A DNA stretch of 64,000 nt from Azolla caroliniana (Eukaryota > Plantae > Polypodiophyta). The notes under the pieces were generated by a model. That model made no database searches, was not told the origin of the DNA, and saw only the letters and a program-made list of their open reading frames with translations. The first letter of the stretch is position 1; every line of letters begins with the position of its first letter. The DNA is taken from the NCBI GenBank assembly GCA_043228905.1, contig JBHGNT010000012.1, positions 5,022,001-5,086,000 of the forward strand, written 5' to 3'. This document shows positions 13,085-24,069 of this stretch, one piece after another. The position numbers and the translations under genes were made by a program.

Positions 13085-13726
13085 CATAGATTGACATATT
13101 CGCATTCGTGGGGTTTCCCATTCGAATGCAAACGAATACGAATACGAATGGGTAGTCAAGTATTCGTTTAACCCCCCCCCCCCAAAAAAAAACTTTTTTT
13201 AAAAAAATTTCCCTAAGATAAAAAAAAAAGAACTTAACAATAAATAGGGATAATAAAAGAGGGACTTTGGGGACTTGACACTACTAAATTTTTATAATAA
13301 ATGTATAGTCGTTTTATTTTTAATAAATAAATAAAATAATATAAAGGCTCATTAATTTCTCACTTTTTATTTCCTCAAAATTTATGGATATTTTTATCTT
13401 GAGATTAAAAATGGTACTTCAAACTAATCATATCTTCAAAGTTCATACTGATAGTAATCATATTTGTATAATAAATATAAAAATATTCGTTTAAAAAAAA
13501 TTAATTAATTAAAATAAGTTTCGTAAACTCTCTTGACACTATAATCTATTAATGAATAATTGTTTTTTTGGGTGAAATACATTTATTTAAATAAATAAAT
13601 AATTTTTTATATTTATTTTACAAAACGAATGGTTTTTTAATATTCTTAGGGCCATTTTGTATTCTCGAATATTAAGAATATTGCGCATGGAGAATATCAC
13701 GAATATCACGCATGTGTCAATCTATG
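13085..13726. mobile_element. Non-autonomous hAT MITE
   Basis: Perfect 12-bp TIRs CATAGATTGACA / TGTCAATCTATG, a perfect 8-bp TSD GGTCTAGA, an AT-rich core and CGAATA subterminal motifs. Confidence 0.93.
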
Positions 13727-15866
13727 GGTCTAGAATAAAACCCCTTAAATACCCCAAGAGACAGAGAACTCAAGCAAACCAATTCGGCTCTAAGGCCCCA
13801 TCTATGCCAAGTGTGTGGAATTTGGTTAACTCTAGAAACAAACTGGAATTGGGTTGAAAGATCTTTAAAAAACCATCTATGCCAGGTACACACCTTAAGA
13901 TTCATTGGCAAAACATGAAATTCAAAATTGCATAAGGGTTGAAATCTTGACAATGTAACATGGTAGGCAAGGTAATCTGATATGTTAGAGTGGGTTCAGC
14001 TAGAAAAACCCTGTTATAGAAGATGACAAAATTGAGCTGAGCTCTAGTAACCCATCAATGTTATGAATGCTTGAGGAGTCTTTGATCAATCTAATGTTCC
14101 AATGAACGTAATTATCTAGGCAAACGATGCAACTTGATCTGTCTCTAGGACACAACTGTAACCAAGTTTGCTTGAAGGCCAGAGAGGAATGTGTCTATCC
14201 TCTTGGCCAAAACTGTGATGCCCTTCAACAACACGTAATCAGCCATAGCAATCCATTTACACACATAGAACTGGGTAATCCTCTCCATGATGATCCAAAT
14301 GGATTGTGAATGAATTGATTGCTTGATTAGAAACCACCTCAATTGATGATCCAAAGGATTGTGAATGAATTATTTACTCAAATGTACTTCGTCTCGATGA
14401 CAATCTAAAAAGATTGTGAACGAAGTTATTGGTCTCATTTACATTAAATTAGTGCAACAAGGTACATATATGGGACTCCGATTGATTCTAGGATGATGAA
14501 TTTCTAGAGCTACTAAAAATGTCCTCCAATGGTGTCACACAAGCATCATCATCATTATGTAACACTTTTCGAGACTTACAACAACTCTAGTTATTGCTGA
14601 TGGAATGTATTCAATGAATAGTAGAAGAGTTTTGTTTAGATCGTTTAACATAACCAATCATCATCCAACTGATTCACTTGTAAGAAAAACATGTAAACCT
14701 AAACAGTTTTTGATACAAAGAGGTAAGGTAAACTCCATGACTAAAATCCTTAAGACATTGCCTTTTCTTCATATAAACAAGGACACCAGCACCATTGTAA
14801 TTGCAGGGCTTTTTGAATGAGCTCAAAGAGTTCCTTGCTTTTGTATATGTCTAAGAGAAACCTGTACATGAACTTATTTATTGTAGGGTGTTGAATGATG
14901 GATTGATCATCAGGCACCCATAAGGAACCCTGACGACTAAATGCATTAAGTCCATCTAATGGATTAAAAAATCAAGTTCTCCTTGACAAAATCACCAAAT
15001 GGTTTGACTACAAGCTTTGGAAATGGAAATAATTATGACAAAAAAAAAATGAAGTTTTCTTCCATGGAGAGTATCGCAGAAAGCATAGGATACTTGCAAG
15101 GGAAACATATGAATTATCCCTTAATTAATCACAACCATAGCAGTGGTCACCACTGCTGGATGATGATGGTAACATCTGTTTTCAATGACATTGTAACAAA
15201 TCATTGGGTAAAATGCAGCAAACAATATGTAACGGAACTAGTTGCTGATCCTGAAAGTGGAAGAGAAGCCAATATATTTTCTACTAGTATCATCCTAGAA
15301 ATTAAACTAATGATTAGTGCATTATTCAGTAATCATGCAACAAACATGAAATCATGTGATGTACATACCCATCCACAATGAATGCATGCATTATGGTATA
15401 CCAAAAACATTCAAAGGAAAGAGCATAGACATGTTCTGAGATATCATGGGAAGTATTGCAATACATACCTGTGTAACGTGTTATAGTAGATTGTAGACTG
15501 TAGTAGGAACTTTGAAGAGGACTAGGGAGTTAAGACTCAGGAGTTAGGAGTTAGGACGAGGACCGAGGTAGCACAGTAGAGAGTATACAGTCTGTGAAGG
15601 CGTGCAGAAAAGAGAGTCAAGAGTCAATACTTAGAATTTAGGATTATTATTTTTAAATCTAAAAACCTAAAAACCAAACCTTTAAACCAAAACCGATAAA
15701 CTGATAAGCCTTTAAACCGCTAAACCGCTAACACCAAAAACCGAACCGAACCGAACCGTATACTATGAAACCAAACCAAACTAATTATTTAACTTTAAAG
15801 TGATAAACCATTAGGCCACGACTTAGTGGTTCGGTTCGATTCGAGTTGAAACCAGGCCCATTGCTA

Positions 15867-16419
15867 AGTAAAACCTAGATCATTCCCATGTAACCGTGTC
15901 CAAATATCCAACTTCAGAACCTCCATAGCCAATGAAACCCAAGCAAGTTGCTCAGGATCATCCATGATTGAATGTTCAGACGTAGATTGAGATGCATCAA
16001 CACACATGTGAAAATCACCCATAAGTAATCTTGGACAGGCCACACATAGGGTTTGATGGAGTGAGCCCCATAATGCAGTACGTTGAGTGCTTGGTTAGGG
16101 GCATAAATCCCAACCACCCACACAACCTCCCCAAAAAAAGTGATTTCTAGAACCAAAAATCGACCATAAGGATCATTATGCACCACCTGAGGATAATATT
16201 TATCTCGCACGATTAATACCACACATGAATAATGATTATTAAGATGTCTGCATAGAATGATGAATATCCACGCAAATGAACTGTGGATCCTGCTAACTCA
16301 TGACACTTATGCTCAACTCCACCTAATATATCCCATTCTTTACTTAACAAAGTTTGCCATAATATATACTTCTTATGAGGAGAACATGCCCCTCTCACAT
16401 TCCATGTTACAACTTTCAT
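15867..16419 (-). pseudogene. LINE ORF2 N-terminal APE endonuclease
   Basis: MKVVTWNVRG, DPYGRFLVL and VGIYAPN motifs; frameshifted. Confidence 0.92.
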
Positions 16420-16449
16420 TCAATCAACAATGTTATGGGTGCACTTGCT

Positions 16450-17950
16450 CCTTTAGAGCAACTGATGTCATGAAACTAGTCAAAGCATGTTCCAATGCTG
16501 CATATGGATTTTCATGCACCACATCCTTAGAGTTGTCTATCGAAATCTTTTGTTTAGGTTTTCCTGCTTGACGAAAACCTCAAGAATTAGATGAATTTAC
16601 AACTCGTCCCAACGAATCAAATTGAAGGTGAAGGAGTAATACCTTATCCCTAAATTGTCTTTGCCAAGGAACTTTTCGAGGACCCTCCCTAGTTCCTGAA
16701 TTACTTTTCCAAGTAGTCTCAAGAGTAGTGGGCAAACTATTACGTTGCATATTCATTGATTTGCCCTTCGACTTGCCCTTAACCTGATGCCAATCCTTTT
16801 CAACGACAACATCACTATTAGTTCTATCCAATGGTTTTTTCCCCTTATCTATAACCACCAAATTTGGTTTTTCCATATCCATAGATTGAGTTCCCTTATT
16901 CTTAGGGCCCAAACCTTGAAGTGAAACCTCTTTATAACCTACTCTAGATGATGTTCCTTCATCCATAACAACCACCATATCTGACACACCAACATCTCTC
17001 CCAACTCCTTCTTTACCATTCCCTTCATTAGGAACCTCTATAGTTGAAGGACAATGACGATGACATTCCGCCAAAAAGTGACCCCATTCACCACATCCAA
17101 ACTAGTGACCTGCAAATGTCTCCCACTTCAATTTAAAACAAAGTTTTTTCATTTTAGGTGTGTTCATATGCACCCCTCCTGGCCTCTTACGACGTGTATC
17201 CCATAGCACACAAAATTTGCACTTATTTGTAGCATTTGCATGTGGAGATACCAATACTTTACCCATTTGACTCATCAACTCTGGTAAAAGTGGCCATAAA
17301 AAACATGCTTACAATCCATTGTTTCCCAAATAGGACATTCTTGTTTCAACAAAGCATGATAGTCCACAACGGGGGGTCATTACATTACATGCATCAATCG
17401 TTATCAAAAAACACTGGAACTTTAGCCAACAATGCACTTCGATGTTCCGGTGAACAAAACACTACATCATAAAACCCTCATGGTCCTGCATATATATTTT
17501 CAACACAATTTGGTGACATGATTGTGTTCAACCATTGTTTAATCCAATTAATGTATGGGAGTTTCCCATTAAAAGACAATATAACCGCACGATCATAGAA
17601 TACATCAAAAGATTGCAACACTGCCTTAACATCAACTTCCACATCATGCACATCTTCATCATTGCATTCTTTCGCTGCATTTTCATTTTCTTCCACAATA
17701 TCAAACAATAAGGTATTGGCAATGCCCCATAAATGATCCCAATTACAATTATCCTTGTCAACCTCATTTACATGTATTACTTCGGCATATGTTGCTTTTT
17801 CTCATTAAGTTCATCAATGCCCTTAAACCTCTTAGAGCTTCCAATGTCTTCCCTTTCACGATTACATCCAACCACCACATTACTCTTTTTTGGATCAATT
17901 GTTTCCATATCGATGTCCCCCACAATTTGAGAGGAATTCATGTTTATATC
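16450..17950 (-). pseudogene. LINE ORF1 (DUF4283-like region plus zinc knuckle), decayed
   Basis: DRAVILSFNGKLP..WIKQW and a CGEWGHFLAEC knuckle, directly upstream of ORF2. Boundaries are approximate. Confidence 0.75.
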
Positions 17951-18319
17951 CATTATTCTTGATGTGATAGCGATCTGGGATAAATTTTTTTTTCCATGAA
18001 CAAGAAAGACAATCGGAACTCACCCGATTGAAGAGGTCGACAATGATGAATACAATAGAAGACCCGCAATTTGTGTTGAGTATGTGGATGCCAACAACAC
18101 AAAATTCCTTGTTTTAATTGCTACTTCTCACACAGACCACCAAATTTAACTTGCTATATCTCATTAGGAAGCTCTGATGGAGAGCTTTCTAAGGCATGTC
18201 TTTATGCTCAATTCCGTTACCGATAGAGATCACAACAATAAAAACGATTTCGCTTCTTCTTCCCCTCTCCACTCTTGCTTTTTTCTCTCCACTCCTCTCT
18301 CCCTCCCTCTCTCTCTCAT

Positions 18320-18880
18320 AAATAATGGCATCATTGAAAGAAAAAAACTCCACCAGGCTCTAGGACTAGTAACATACAACTAAGTATAGAACCATTCTTG
18401 GGATCTAAAGACTATTATGACGATTACTACGACTACGACTACAAACTCAATCCCACCCTACACACCAATTCATCATGTCGAATATGATGATGATATGGGA
18501 CCTTGCGAAGTCCTCTCTCTTCATTGTTGAGATTTTGCAACTTCTCTTGCATTGTCAATTGCCACAAAAGAAGTCCTTTTAACTATATGACATATTTTCT
18601 CACCCCAACTTGTGAATCGAAAGTGACGGAATTACGTATATTCCAATTAAACCATCAGCCCCAATACATCAAGAACTCAAAAATAATTCGAAAATAAGGC
18701 ATTAGTTCACTGTTCTCCATATGTGCAAAAACACAATGGAATGAAGATAGTCTTACTCCAATTAATGACATCCACACTAAATTGATACACCTCCAAACCA
18801 TTCTAGTCATCGGGCATGAAAGAAATCGATGCCTAATATGTTTCAATTCCACCGAACACTCGTCGCTCATCTTTCGATAT
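18320..18880 (-). pseudogene. 3' fragment of a second L1-type LINE (zf-RVT)
   Basis: CSVELKHIRHRFLSCPMTRMVW resembles the CCHC zf-RVT C-terminus. Boundaries are approximate. Confidence 0.65.
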
Positions 18881-21800
18881 TTGAAACTCTCTCACGCGTT
18901 TTGTTCTTCTTCAATTTTCAACTTTCTTTTCTTCATCAACTCTTCTTTGTTTAGGTTTCCAACATTTGCTTGGGTTCTCGACATTTTGGAGAAGGAGCTC
19001 TTCATTTCCAATTGTTAAGAATTAGATGATTAACTACGGGCTAATTAGTACCTAATTATGTGATTAGATGATAAGCACGGAAGATTATGTGATATGTGTG
19101 TGTATGTGTGTGAGAGGAAGAGAGAGAGAGAGAGATACACTTATGAACAACACAAGATGGGGGATGAGTAACTATATTAAATTAGCATTATCATCATCAA
19201 ATACAAAAATACCTACAATGAGGTATGTATAGATTTCATGTGCAAGGGTGCACATGTGTGAGTATAATATAGGTACAAAAGTGTAAGTCCTATATTAAAT
19301 GTACTTAGGAGTGGAGGATCTAGAATATCCCACTAAGTACAAGGTCCTATTTAAGGCGTTATAGTCAACACTTCTAACTAGATTCTATCTAGGTAACTAC
19401 GAAGTTACATGGTTGACTAAATAACTAACTCTAGTTGAGCTTGATCTCTTAACATGCCCCCTCAAGCTCAAGTGTGAGGCATTCGACATCCGCTTTGGCT
19501 TTCGACGTTGTCCGACTTTCGATGTCAATTTTTGTGTAGCTTCCGTTTGGCCTTTGGCTTTCTTCGCTGTGGCAATCTCGGGTCCTCCCCCTCAAGCCAG
19601 TGACAAAGGCTTGTAGTGTGTGGGCGAAGGTAGACTACTTCCACCCATCATGGGTTATGAGCCGCTTCGGTGGAGCTCTTTGGCTCTTGTTCGGCCACTA
19701 CCTTCATCGCGAAGGCATAGTGATGGGCCATGTACTTGTTGTAGCCGAGCTGAGTGACGGGGTTCTTAGCTCTAGATGAGCGTCGAAGTTTTTCGCTCGC
19801 CAATGTGAGCGCCTTCTTTGCTCCGGGTGTCCGCATGATGGGTACACCAAACTCACTGTCTAGTGAGGGAGCCGACACATCCGAATCACTATCGTCGGGG
19901 TGATCGACTTCGTATTCAGGTATCTTACCTTTGCCTTTGTCCAAGTTCGTACTTGGCCGCGACGTGCTTGGGTAGCGTGGGGGCTCTTGTGGCCCACTAT
20001 GCCGTAATCAGACTTTCTTCGAACATGTGTTCGAAGCGATCTCCATCTTCTACCTCTTGTTCAGCGGATTCCGTGTCGAGCGGAATCGGAGTCGAGGTTG
20101 TCTCTGGTGCGTACCAGGATGCGGACTCGTCGAAGACTACGTCTCGACATACCCGAACCGCTCGGGTACAAGGGTTGTAGCACTTTTATGTCGTCTTCTC
20201 GGACGAGTATCCTATGAGGATACATTCCTCCGACTTCGCGTTGGGCTTCTGTCGTTGTTCGTTTGGGATGCGTACATTCGCAATGCTTCCAAGCACCTTG
20301 AGGTGCGACAGGATCGGCTTCCTTCCGATGAGGAGCTCGTATGGAGTTAGCTCATGCACTCCATTAGTGGTGCACTGGTTCATGAGATAGACGGCCGTGG
20401 ATGCCGCTTTGGCCCAATAGAAGTTCGGCATGTGCTTCTCATGCAACATGGCCCGTACTACCTTGAGTATTTGCCGATTCTTCCTTTCGGCAACTCCATT
20501 TTGTTGGGTTGTGTGTCGGCATGAGAATTCTCTCCGAATGCCTTCACTTTGGAGGTAGGAGGTGAATTCGTTGGAGACGTACTCCTTTCCTCCATCCGAT
20601 CGTAGGCATCAAATGTGCTGACCGGTTGCTTGGTCCTTAAGTTTTTGGAAGTGGGAGAGCACTTCGCTTTTCTTCTTCATTGGGTAGATCCACGCGTAGT
20701 GCGAGTAGTTGTCGATGAAGGTTACGTAGTATCGGCATCTGCCGATTGTCGGCGTTTGAGCCGGTCCCCATACATCTGAGTGTATGACGTCGAGGAGGCC
20801 TTTGCTTGCGGAGCTCTCCTTCGGGAATGGGAGTCGATGTTGTTTGCTGAGTTGACACGCTTCCCATACTCGGTCGACTCGAATGTTGGAAGTCCGATGA
20901 TGACTCCCTTTGTTTGCATAGCTCCAAGCCGTTGGAGGTTTATGTGGCCGATTCTCTTGTGCCACAACTCGATGCTTGTCTCGATTTTGAGACTTCTAGC
21001 GTACATTGCCGATTTCACCTCGTTCGAATCGAGAATGAACATTCGGCTGTCTCTCCGCCCCTTCGCTATGAGTGGGCCATCTTTCTTGATGAAGCATCCT
21101 TCTTTGTTGAAGCGAACTTCCATTCCTTGCTCCATGATTTGGCCTACTGAGTCCAAATTCTTCGCTATCATGGGCACGTGCAAGACATTCTTGATGCAAG
21201 TTTGCTCGCCTTTTTCCCCGAATGGGACATTGCCGATGTGCGGAATGGGGTGCGTGGTGTCGTCTCCCGTCTCTATGTAGCCGGGTCGATCTGGTGTACG
21301 CAAGTCATTGAACCACTCTTTGTGGGGTGTCATGTGATGTGAGGCGTCGGAAACAATGAACCACACGTCTTCCGAATTGGAGGTGCTTGCGGAGTTGGAG
21401 GCTGTCATAGAGTTCGCTCCATGCCTCATTACGAACATTCCGCCACGGTCGCCGTAGTCGGAATTCGTGGCGTAATTTGTAAACATTGCACTACGATCGT
21501 CGTAGTCGGAATTCGATGCATGATTAGTGAACATTCCGCTATGATTCTCGTAGTCGGAGTTAGATGCGTAGTTTGTGAGTTGTCGACTTGCTGAAGCTGA
21601 CTCACTTCTCTTTTTCTGTCACTCCGCCTCGTAGTGGCCGATTTTCTCGCAATAATTGCAAGTTACGGGTCTCGTTTGCCAACCATGTTCGGCGTGGAAG
21701 CTCCCCCTTCTTCCGAAGGTTCCTCGATGGCTTCCGTGAAGGTTTGAGTTCCCTTCGTGTGATGAGTCGAATTGACCTCTTTTACCGCCGTGACCTCCTC

Positions 21801-22590
21801 CTCGGCCACCATCCGAATTCGAGAAGAACATTTGTCCTTCCGACGTCTTGCTTTTGGTTCGGACGTGGTTCTCTTCGACCAATATCATTGATTGGAGGTC
21901 GAAAAATGAAGGAGGGTTTTCTCTCGCCAAGATTGCCGTCCATAATGGATCGAATCGTTATGCAAGGCCACCCAAGCATACTTGAACCATCTCGTCTTCG
22001 TCAATGTTTATGTTGATGGAGCCAAGTGAGTCGCAAATGCTCTTGATCTTGGCGGTGTAGTCTGACACGGACATGTCTTTTTGTCGAATGTTATTCAATT
22101 GTTGTCGGAGTTGAAGCTTTCGAGTGGTTGTGTTGGCGGCGAACATTTTCTTTAAGTTCACCCACGCTTCTTTAGGCGTCTTGGTGTCTCGAATATGGCT
22201 AAGCATGTGGTTGTGGACACATGTTGCCAAGCAATACATGACTCGACTAGCCGCTTGCTCCCATGTTGCGTAGTCAGCGTTCTTTGAGTCGGGTCGATTT
22301 TCTTGAGCGTCGTTGATGTAGCTCCAATACCCTTGGCCAACGAGGTATTGGGTCATCTTGTACTCCGAAGATGAATAATTGCTCAAGTCTAGCTTTACAC
22401 TAGGGATCGAGCTACTCATTTGTGTGTTCATGTTGATTGTAGTGTCTTCTCTTCTTTTGCTTTTCTTCCTTCAATCACGTACACATGCTACGTAGCGGCA
22501 CTACGGTAGCCGATAGCCGGATTTTGTCGTCGACGTCTTGAACACACAATCATGGAGTCGGGTGGGCTTAGTGGATTTTCTAAACCACAC

Positions 22591-22602
22591 TCTCTGATAC
22601 CA
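22591..22602 (-). promoter_or_regulatory. PBS (tRNA-iMet)
   Basis: TGGTATCAGAGA directly after the 5' LTR. Confidence 0.92.
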
Positions 22603-22627
22603 TGTTAAGAATTAGATGATTAACTAC

Positions 22628-23383
22628 TGTTGGGAAACAGGTTCCTCCGGATGGGAAGGGAGAAGAACAGTGCCGACGAACAAACTTGCAGCCTCGACCG
22701 AAACCGTATGAGGAGTACCCGGCTACGGAGAGCCGGATGGTGCAGGCCCGGTATGAACCGGATGAGGAGTACCCGGCTACGGAGAGCCGGATGGTGCAGG
22801 CCCGGTATGAACCGGATGAGGAGTACCCGGCTACGGAGAGCCGGATGGTGCAGGCCCAGTATGAACCGGATGAGGAGTACCCGGCTACGGAGAGCCGGAT
22901 GGTGCAGGCCCGATATGAACCGGATGAGGAGTACCCGGCTACGGAGAGTGCAGGCCCGGTATGAACCGGAGGAAGAGACATATTCGTAAATATGTTTCTG
23001 AGAGCCCATCGAGGCTATATTTGTAAATAGCCGAAAAGTCATATTAGTATAAATATGACTTAGGGCAAACTTTTAGTAACTGTTGTTGTTGTCATTTTTT
23101 TCTTGTTGGTGCAAGAAGAAGAGAGAGTGCGTAACTGTACAGAGAGAGAAAGAGAGACGAGGTCGTTGCCTCTGTGAACTCACTGTTTTGTACATTCATA
23201 CATAGTGACAGTTTGCAGCCTGTGGGCTGCCGTGGTTTTTTCCCCTAGTTTGGGGTTTTTCCACGTTAACCTCCTGTGTATCTTTCTCCTCTTTGTGTCG
23301 TGTTCTATTTCCCGTTTTTTGTGTATGAAAAGAATCTCGGTTGTGGCCGAGCGTTGTGCATAAGGAACGTCGGGTTCCCGTCA
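22628..23383 (+). mobile_element. Solo LTR of copia family A
   Basis: TGTTGGG...CCGTCA with a perfect TSD ACTAC (22623-22627 and 23384-23388). Removing it restores the host LTR, which matches 19013-19454. Confidence 0.95.
22708..22970 (+). repeat. 54-bp tandem repeat, 4 full units plus 1 shortened unit
   Basis: Unit ATGAGGAGTACCCGGCTACGGAGAGCCGGATGGTGCAGGCCCGGTATGAACCGG starts at 22708, 22762, 22816, 22870 and 22924. Confidence 0.97.
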
Positions 23384-23466
23384 ACTACGGGTTAATTAGT
23401 ACCTAATTATGTGATTAGTTGATAAGCATAGAAGATTATGTGATATGTGTGTGTATGTATGTGAGA

Positions 23467-23512
<46 letters not shown>

Positions 23513-24069
23513 CACTTATGAACAACACAAGATGGGGGATGAGTAACTATATTAAATTAGCATTATCATCATCAAATACAAAAATACCTACAATGAGGCA
23601 TATATAGATTTCATGTGCAAGGGTGCACATGTGTGAGTATAATATAGGTACAAAAGTGTAAGTCCTATATTAAATGTACTTAGGAGTGAAGGATCTAGAA
23701 TATCCCACTAAAGTACAAGGTCCTATTTAAGGCGTTATAGTCAAAACTTCTAACTAGATTCTATCTAGGTAACTACGAAGTTACATGGTTGACTAAATAA
23801 CTAACTCTAGTTGAGCTTGATCTCTCAACACCAATGCTCGTCTTTTGGCATTAGAAGCTCAACCTCATATTTGGCACATGAAGGTATAACGCTCCTTCCT
23901 TGCTCAATCTCTTCTTCTTCTTAGGTGCTTATCAAGGTCTTTGACGTCACCAAGTTCGTATTATTCATGGAGGCATCAGGAAGAGGTTCGGCAAGATCAC
24001 ACAATGGTCATTCAAAGGAAGGACGGAGTGGCTCGAGAACTCTAACCAGATTTGAGACATCGTAGGCGT

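Larger units (their letters stand above)
9642..15866 (-). mobile_element. hAT DNA transposon, full length, decayed
   Basis: TIRs TAGCAATGGGCCCGGTT / AACCAGGCCCATTGCTA (16/17). 8-bp TSD AATAAAAC / AGTAAAAC. Subterminal AAACC arrays at both ends and an internal transposase. Confidence 0.95.
19013..23830 (-). mobile_element. Ty1/copia element with both LTRs and an internal deletion of RT-RNase H
   Basis: TSD CCAAT (19008-19012 and 23831-23835). LTRs at 19013-19454 and 22603-23830 (the latter interrupted). PBS TGGTATCAGAG. Gag, protease and integrase remnants; PPT at 19455-19467. Confidence 0.95.

Noticed and set aside
14983-15381. Captured host gene inside the hAT
   Set aside because: The 132-aa ORF has no recognisable motif and a non-ATG start.
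22708-22970. CRISPR-like array or repeat protein gene
   Set aside because: The units are head-to-tail with no unique spacers and lie inside a TSD-flanked solo LTR. The ORFs arise because 54 is a multiple of 3.
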